Below, in pieces: positions 55,693 through 64,000 of a stretch of DNA of 64,000 nt. Source of the DNA: Auanema rhodensis (Eukaryota; Animalia; Nematoda); the NCBI GenBank assembly GCA_964057225.1, contig OZ059900.1:13454001-13518000 (forward strand), given 5' to 3'. How positions within the stretch are numbered: position 1 is the first letter of the stretch; every line of letters starts with the position of its first letter. The notes below the pieces were generated by a model. It had not been told where the DNA came from and did no database searches. It saw only the letters and a list, made by a program, of their open reading frames with translations. The position numbers were made by a program, and so were the translations under genes.

Positions 55693-58600
55693 CCTGAATA
55701 GATTTGGTTTAATTACCCAAGTTAGAGGTAGTATCTCAATCTAACCAGAGAACTTCTGAGTTGGAAATACATTTTGGAAAGCACACCACGAGTGTGCAAT
55801 ATTGAAAACTGTCTGTCTTAGTATGATTATATAACACTATAGATGCCAAAGCAAAATGAATTTGAATATGAACATGACGCGTCTTTTACATTATAGTTTG
55901 ACCGGATAAAGCTTTGTATAGCTTTGTATAGCTTTGTACACTGATCACATATACGGCGATAGGCTAGAACAGTTCATAAGTTTCCTGAATAGATTTGGTT
56001 TAATTACCCAAGTTAGAGGTAGTATCTCAATCTAACCAGAGAATTTCTGAGTTGGAAATACATTTTGGAAAGCATACCATGAGTGTGCAATATTGAAAAC
56101 TGTTTGTCTTAGTATGATTATATAACACTATAGATGCCAAAGCAAAATGAATTTGAATATGAACATGACGCGTCTTTTACATTATAGTTTGACCGGATAA
56201 AGCTTTGTATAGCTTTGTATAGCTTTGTACACTGATCACATATACGGCGATAGGCTAGAACAGTTCATAAGTTTCCTGAATAGATTTGGTTTAATTACCC
56301 AAGTTAGAGGTAGTATCTCAATCTAACCAGAGAACTTCTGAGTTGGAAATACATTTTGGAAAGCACACCACGAGTGTGCAATATTGAAAACTGTCTGTCT
56401 CAGTATGATTATATAACACTATAGATGCCAAAGCAAAATGAATTTGAATATGAACATGACGCGTCTTTTACATTATAGTTTGACCGGATAAAGCTTTGTA
56501 TAGCTTTGTATAGCTTTGTACACTGATCACATATACGGCGATAGGCTAGAACAGTTCATAAGTTTCCTGAATAGATTTGGTTTAATTACCCAAGTTAGAG
56601 GTAGTATCTCAATCTAACCAGAGAACTTCTGAGTTGGAAATACATTTTGGAAAGCACACCACGAGTGTGCAATATTGAAAACTGTCTGTCTTAGTATGAT
56701 TATATAACACTATAGATGCCAAAGCAAAATGAATTTGAATATGAACATGACGCGTCTTTTACATTATAGTTTGACCGGATAAAGCTTTGTATAGCTTTGT
56801 ATAGCTTTGTACACTGATCACATATACGGCGATAGGCTAGAACAGTTCATAAGTTTCCTGAATAGATTTGGTTTAATTACCCAAGTTAGAGGTAGTATCT
56901 CAATCTAACCAGAGAACTTCTGAGTTGGAAATACATTTTGGAAAGCACACCACGAGTGTGCAATATTGAAAACTGTCTGTCTTAGTATGATTATATAACA
57001 CTATAGATGCCAAAGCAAAATGAATTTGAATATGAACATGACGCGTCTTTTACATTATAGTTTGACCGGATAAAGCTTTGTATAGCTTTGTATAGCTTTG
57101 TACACTGATCACATATACGGCGATAGGCTAGAACAGTTCATAAGTTTCCTGAATAGATTTGGTTTAATTACCCAAGTTAGAGGTAGTATCTCAATCTAAC
57201 CAGAGAACTTCTGAGTTGGAAATACATTTTGGAAAGCACACCACGAGTGTGCAATATTGAAAACTGTCTGTCTTAGTATGATTATATAACACTATAGATG
57301 CCAAAGCAAAATGAATTTGAATATGAACATGACGCGTCTTTTACATTATAGTTTGACCGGATAAAGCTTTGTATAGCTTTGTATAGCTTTGTACACTGAT
57401 CACATATACGGCGATAGGCTAGAACAGTTCATAAGTTTCCTGAATAGATTTGGTTTAATTACCCAAGTTAGAGGTAGTATCTCAATCTAACCAGAGAACT
57501 TCTGAGTTGGAAATACATTTTGGAAAGCACACCACGAGTGTGCAATATTGAAAACTGTCTGTCTTAGTATGATTATATAACACTATAGATGCCAAAGCAA
57601 AATGAATTTGAATATGAACATGACGCGTCTTTTACATTATAGTTTGACCGGATAAAGCTTTGTATAGCTTTGTATAGCTTTGTACACTGATCACATATAC
57701 GGCGATAGGCTAGAACAGTTCATAAGTTTCCTGAATAGATTTGGTTTAATTACCCAAGTTAGAGGTAGTATCTCAATCTCACCAGAGAACTTCTGAGTTG
57801 GAAATACATTTTGGAAAGCACACCACGAGTGTGCAATATTGAAAACTGTCTGTCTTAGTATGATTATATAACACTACCGATGCTAAAGCAAAATGAATTT
57901 GAATATGAACATGACGCGTCTTTTACATTATAGTTTGACCGGATAAAGCTTTGTATAGCTTTGTATAGCTTTGTACACTGATCACATATACGGCGATAGG
58001 CTAGAACAGTTCATAAGTTTCCTGAATAGATTTGGTTTAATTACCCAAGTTAGAGGTAGTATCTCAATCTAACCAGAGAACTTCTGAGTTGGAAATACAT
58101 TTTGGAAAGCACACCACGAGTGTGCAATATTGAAAACTGTCTGTCTTAGTATGATTATATAACACTACCGATGCTAAAGCAAAATGAATTTGAATATGAA
58201 CATGACGCGTCTTTTACATTATAGTTTGACCGGATAAAGCTTTGTATAGCTTTGTATAGCTTTGTACACTGATCACATATACGGCGATAGGCTAGAACAG
58301 TTCATAAGTTTCCTGAATAGATTTGGTTTAATTACCCAAGTTAGAGGTAGTATCTCAATCTAACCAGAGAACTTCTGAGTTGGAAATACATTTTGGAAAG
58401 CACACCACGAGTGTGCAATATTGAAAACTGTCTGTCTTAGTATGATTATATAACACTATAGATGCCAAAGCAAAATGAATTTGAATATGAACATGACGCG
58501 TCTTTTACATTATAGTTTGACCGGATAAAGCTTTGTATAGCTTTGTATAGCTTTGTACACTGATCACATATACGGCGATAGGCTAGAACAGTTCATAAGT

Positions 58601-61600
58601 TTCCTGAATAGATTTGGTTTAATTACCCAAGTTAGAGGTAGTATCTCAATCTAACCAGAGAACTTCTGAGTTGGAAATACATTTTGGAAAGCACACCACG
58701 AGTGTGCAATATTGAAAACTGTCTGTCTTAGTATGATTATATAACACTATAGATGCCAAAGCAAAATGAATTTGAATATGAACATGACGCGTCTTTTACA
58801 TTATAGTTTGACCGGATAAAGCTTTGTATAGCTTTGTATAGCTTTGTACACTGATCACATATACGGCGATAGGCTAGAACAGTTCATAAGTTTCCTGAAT
58901 AGATTTGGTTTAATTACCCAAGTTAGAGGTAGTATCTCAATCTAACCAGAGAACTTCTGAGTTGGAAATACATTTTGGAAAGCACACCACGAGTGTGCAA
59001 TATTGAAAACTGTCTGTCTTAGTATGATTATATATCACTATAGATGCCAAAGCAAAATGAATTTGAATATGAACATGACGCGTCTTTTACATTATAGTTT
59101 GACCGGATAAAGCTTTGTATAGCTTTGTATAGCTTTGTACACTGATCACATATACGGCGATAGGCTAGAACAGTTCATAAGTTTCCTGAATAGATTTGGT
59201 TTAATTACCCAAGTTAGAGGTAGTATCTCAATCTAACCAGAGAACTTCTGAGTTGGAAATACATTTTGGAAAGCACACCACGAGTGTGCAATATTGAAAA
59301 CTGTCTGTCTTAGTATGATTATATAACACTACCGATGCTAAAGCAAAATGAATTTGAATATGAACATGACGCGTCTTTTACATTATAGTTTGACCGGATA
59401 AAGCTTTGTATAGCTTTGTATAGCTTTGTACACTGATCACATATACGGCGATAGGCTAGAACAGTTCATAAGTTTCCTGAATAGATTTGGTTTAATTACC
59501 CAAGTTAGAGGTAGTATCTCAATCTAACCAGAGAACTTCTGAGTTGGAAATACATTTTGGAAAGCACACCACGAGTGTGCAATATTGAAAACTGTCTGTC
59601 TTAGTATGATTATATAACACTACCGATGCTAAAGCAAAATGAATTTGAATATGAACATGACGCGTCTTTTACATTATAGTTTGACCGGATAAAGCTTTGT
59701 ATAGCTTTGTATAGCTTTGTACACTGATCACATATACGGCGATAGGCTAGAACAGTTCATAAGTTTCCTGAATAGATATGGTTTAATTACCCAAGTTAGA
59801 GGTAGTATCTCAATCTAACCAGAGAACTTCTGAGTTGGAAATACATTTTGGAAAGCACACCACGAGTGTGCAATATTGAAAACTGTCTGTCTTAGTATGA
59901 TTATATAACACTATAGATGCCAAAGCAAAATGAATTTGAATATGAACATGACGCGTCTTTTACATTATAGTTTGACCGGATAAAGCTTTGTATAGCTTTG
60001 TATAGCTTTGTACACTGATCACATATACGGCGATAGGCTAGAACAGTTCATAAGTTTCCTGAATAGATTTGGTTTAATTACCCAAGTTAGAGGTAGTATC
60101 TCAATCTAACCAGAGAACTTCTGAGTTGGAAATACATTTTGGAAAGCACACCACGAGTGTGCAATATTGAAAACTGTCTGTCTTAGTATGATTATATAAC
60201 ACTATAGATGCCAAAGCAAAATGAATTTGAATATGAACATGACGCGTCTTTTACATTATAGTTTGACCGGATAAAGCTTTGTATAGCTTTGTATAGCTTT
60301 GTACACTGATCACATATACGGCGATAGGCTAGAACAGTTCATAAGTTTCCTGAATAGATTTGGTTTAATTACCCAAGTTAGAGGTAGTATCTCAATCTAA
60401 CCAGAGAACTTCTGAGTTGGAAATACATTTTGAAAAGCACACCACGAGTGTGCAATATTGAAAACTGTCTGTCTTAGTATGATTATATATCACTATAGAT
60501 GCCAAAGCAAAATGAATTTGAATATGAACATGACGCGTCTTTTACATTATAGTTTGACCGGATAAAGCTTTGTATAGCTTTGTATAGCTTTGTACACTGA
60601 TCACATATACGGCGATAGGCTAGAACAGTTCATAAGTTTCCTGAATAGATTTGGTTTAATTACCCAAGTTAGAGGTAGTATCTCAATCTAACCAGAGAAC
60701 TTCTGAGTTGGAAATACATTTTGGAAAGCACACCACGAGTGTGCAATATTGAAAACTGTCTGTCTTAGTATGATTATATAACACTACCGATGCTAAAGCA
60801 AAATGAATTTGAATATGAACATGACGCGTCTTTTACATTATAGTTTGACCGGATAAAGCTTTGTATAGCTTTGTATAGCTTTGTACACTGATCACATATA
60901 CGGCGATAGGCTAGAACAGTTCATAAGTTTCCTGAATAGATTTGGTTTAATTACCCAAGTTAGAGGTAGTATCTCAATCTAACCAGAGAACTTCTGAGTT
61001 GGAAATACATTTTGGAAAGCACACCACGAGTGTGCAATATTGAAAACTGTCTGTCTTAGTATGATTATATAACACTACCGATGCTAAAGCAAAATGAATT
61101 TGAATATGAACATGACGCGTCTTTTACATTATAGTTTGACCGGATAAAGCTTTGTATAGCTTTGTATAGCTTTGTACACTGATCACATATACGGCGATAG
61201 GCTAGAACAGTTCATAAGTTTCCTGAATAGATTTGGTTTAATTACCCAAGTTAGAGGTAGTATCTCAATCTAACCAGAGAACTTCTGAGTTGGAAATACA
61301 TTTTGGAAAGCACACCACGAGTGTGCAATATTGAAAACTGTCTGTCTTAGTATGATTATATAACACTATAGATGCCAAAGCAAAATGAATTTGAATATGA
61401 ACATGACGCGTCTTTTACATTATAGTTTGACCGGATAAAGCTTTGTATAGCTTTGTATAGCTTTGTACACTGATCACATATACGGCGATAGGCTAGAACA
61501 GTTCATAAGTTTCCTGAATAGATTTGGTTTAATTACCCAAGTTAGAGGTAGTATCTCAATCTAACCAGAGAACTTCTGAGTTGGAAATACATTTTGGAAA

Positions 61601-64000
61601 GCACACCACGAGTGTGCAATATTGAAAACTGTCTGTCTTAGTATGATTATATAACACTATAGATGCCAAAGCAAAATGAATTTGAATATGAACATGACGC
61701 GTCTTTTACATTATAGTTTGACCGGATAAAGCTTTGTATAGCTTTGTATAGCTTTGTACACTGATCACATATACGGCGATAGGCTAGAACAGTTCATAAG
61801 TTTCCTGAATAGATTTGGTTTAATTACCCAAGTTAGAGGTAGTATCTCAATCTAACCAGAGAACTTCTGAGTTGGAAATACATTTTGGAAAGCACACCAC
61901 GAGTGTGCAATATTGAAAACTGTCTGTCTTAGTATGATTATATAACACTATAGATGCCAAAGCAAAATGAATTTGAATATGAACATGACGCGTCTTTTAC
62001 ATTATAGTTTGACCGGATAAAGCTTTGTATAGCTTTGTATAGCTTTGTACACTGATCACATATACGGCGATAGGCTAGAACAGTTCATAAGTTTCCTGAA
62101 TAGATTTGGTTTAATTACCCAAGTTAGAGGTAGTATCTCAATCTAACCAGAGAACTTCTGAGTTGGAAATACATTTTGGAAAGCACACCACGAGTGTGCA
62201 ATATTGAAAACTGTCTGTCTTCGTATGATTATATGACACTATAGATGCCAAAGCAAAACAAATTTGAATATGAACATGACGCGTCTTTTACATTATAGTT
62301 TGACCGGATAAAGCTTTGTATAGCTTTGTATAGCTTTGTACACTGATCACATATACGGCGATAGGCTAGAACAGTTCATAAGTTTCCTGAATAGATTTGG
62401 TTTAATTACCCAAGTTAGAGGTAGTATCTCAATCTAACCAGAGAACTTCTGAGTTGGAAATACATTTTGGAAAGCACACCACGAGTGTGCAATATTGAAA
62501 ACTGTCTGTCTTAGTATGATTATATAACACTACCGATGCTAAAGCAAAATGAATTTGAATATGAACATGACGCGTCTTTTACATTATAGTTTGACCGGAT
62601 AAAGCTTTGTATAGCTTTGTATAGCTTTGTACACTGATCACATATACGGCGATAGGCTAGAACAGTTCATAAGTTTCCTGAATAGATTTGGTTTAATTAC
62701 CCAAGTTAGAGGTAGTATCTCAATCTAACCAGAGAACTTCTGAGTTGGAAATACATTTTGGAAAGCACACCACGAGTGTGCAATATTGAAAACTGTCTGT
62801 CTTAGTATGATTATATAACACTATAGATGCCAAAGCAAAATGAATTTGAATATGAACATGACGCGTCTTTTACATTATAGTTTGACCGGATAAAGCTTTG
62901 TATAGCTTTGTATAGCTTTGTACACTGATCACATATACGGCGATAGGCTAGAACAGTTCATAAGTTTCCTGAATAGATTTGGTTTAATTACCCAAGTTAG
63001 AGGTAGTATCTCAATCTAACCAGAGAACTTCTGAGTTGGAAATACATTTTGGAAAGCACACCACGAGTGTGCAATATTGAAAACTGTCTGTCTTAGTATG
63101 ATTATATAACACTATAGATGCCAAAGCAAAATGAATTTGAATATGAACATGACGCGTCTTTTACATTATAGTTTGACCGGATAAAGCTTTGTATAGCTTT
63201 GTATAGCTTTGTACACTGATCACATATACGGCGATAGGCTAGAACAGTTCATAAGTTTCCTGAATAGATTTGGTTTAATTACCCAAGTTAGAGGTAGTAT
63301 CTCAATCTAACCAGAGAACTTCTGAGTTGGAAATACATTTTGGAAAGCACACCACGAGTGTGCAATATTGAAAACTGTCTGTCTTAGTATGATTATATAA
63401 CACTATAGATGCCAAAGCAAAATGAATTTGAATATGAACATGACGCGTCTTTTACATTATAGTTTGACCGGATAAAGCTTTGTATAGCTTTGTATAGCTT
63501 TGTACACTGATCACATATACGGCGATAGGCTAGAACAGTTCATAAGTTTCCTGAATAGATTTGGTTTAATTACCCAAGTTAGAGGTAGTATCTCAATCTA
63601 ACCAGAGAACTTCTGAGTTGGAAATACATTTTGAAAAGCACACCACGAGTGTGCAATATTGAAAACTGTCTGTCTTAGTATGATTATATAACACTACCGA
63701 TGCTAAAGCAAAATGAATTTGAATATGAACATGACGCGTCTTTTACATTATAGTTTGACCGGATAAAGCTTTGTATAGCTTTGTATAGCTTTGTACACTG
63801 ATCACATATACGGCGATAGGCTAGAACAGTTCATAAGTTTCCTGAATAGATTTGGTTTAATTACCCAAGTTAGAGGTAGTATCTCAATCTAACCAGAGAA
63901 CTTCTGAGTTGGAAATACATTTTGGAAAGCACACCACGAGTGTGCAATATTGAAAACTGTCTGTCTTAGTATGATTATATAACACTATAGATGCCAAAGC
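55693..64000. repeat. Homogeneous terminal block of 291-bp monomers (type Z), 28 complete units plus one partial
   Basis: Unit starts run 55693, 55984, 56275 ... 63841, all 291 apart. Nearly all carry CCACGA, ATAACA and AAAATGAATT; exceptions are at 55984 and 62095, plus ATATCA at 58894 and 60349. Confidence 0.92.

Larger units (their letters stand above)
1..64000. repeat. Satellite DNA tandem array, 281/291-bp monomer, ~226 head-to-tail copies; family unidentified, likely eukaryotic (peri)centromeric heterochromatin
   Basis: CCTGAATAGA...CATAAGTTT recurs at 1, 282, 563, 844, 1125, 1416 ... 63550, 63841. Spacing is always 281 or 291 bp except for one 66-bp unit. Units differ by only a few substitutions, all lie in one orientation, and no non-repeat sequence is present. 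The centromeric assignment is inference from array size and monomer length. Confidence 0.98.

Noticed and set aside
55693-64000. The 291-bp unit is 97 codons, so it could encode a giant repeat protein
   Set aside because: Every unit has stops in all three plus frames (TGA at 3, TAG at 7, TAA at 50) and all three minus frames (TTA at 17 and 21, CTA at 49 as read on the plus strand). The 281-bp units also shift frame.
1-64000. CRISPR array or repeat-spacer cassette system
   Set aside because: There are no unique spacers; the entire unit is repeated and no cas or recombinase genes are present.

Overview
The whole 64 kb window is one uninterrupted head-to-tail satellite DNA array, with every unit in the same orientation. 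Taking CCTGAATAGA as an arbitrary unit start, I count 225 complete units plus a final 160-bp partial unit: 141 of 281 bp, 83 of 291 bp and one internally deleted unit of 66 bp (17633-17698). These sum exactly to 63840. The 281/291 difference is one extra copy of an internal 10-bp subrepeat (GCTTTGTATA). The monomer is about 35% GC (98/281 in unit 1) and has stops in all six frames. I found no CDS, RNA gene, transposon insertion, inversion or CRISPR spacer. The array most resembles a eukaryotic centromeric or pericentromeric satellite, but I cannot name the family or the organism from sequence alone. The informative content is in how the variants are arranged. About 20 recurrent biallelic sites are shuffled into successive domains: an identical tetramer, a ~10-mer higher-order repeat (HOR) with a variable internal monomer run, a heterogeneous zone starting at the 66-bp junction, a 7-mer HOR with 3/4/5/6-mer derivatives, a dimer domain, a perfect 4-mer duplication, and a terminal all-291-bp block with an emerging 5-mer period. 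I see no evidence for a new gene-based system. All unit counts and types were read by eye and should be confirmed computationally.
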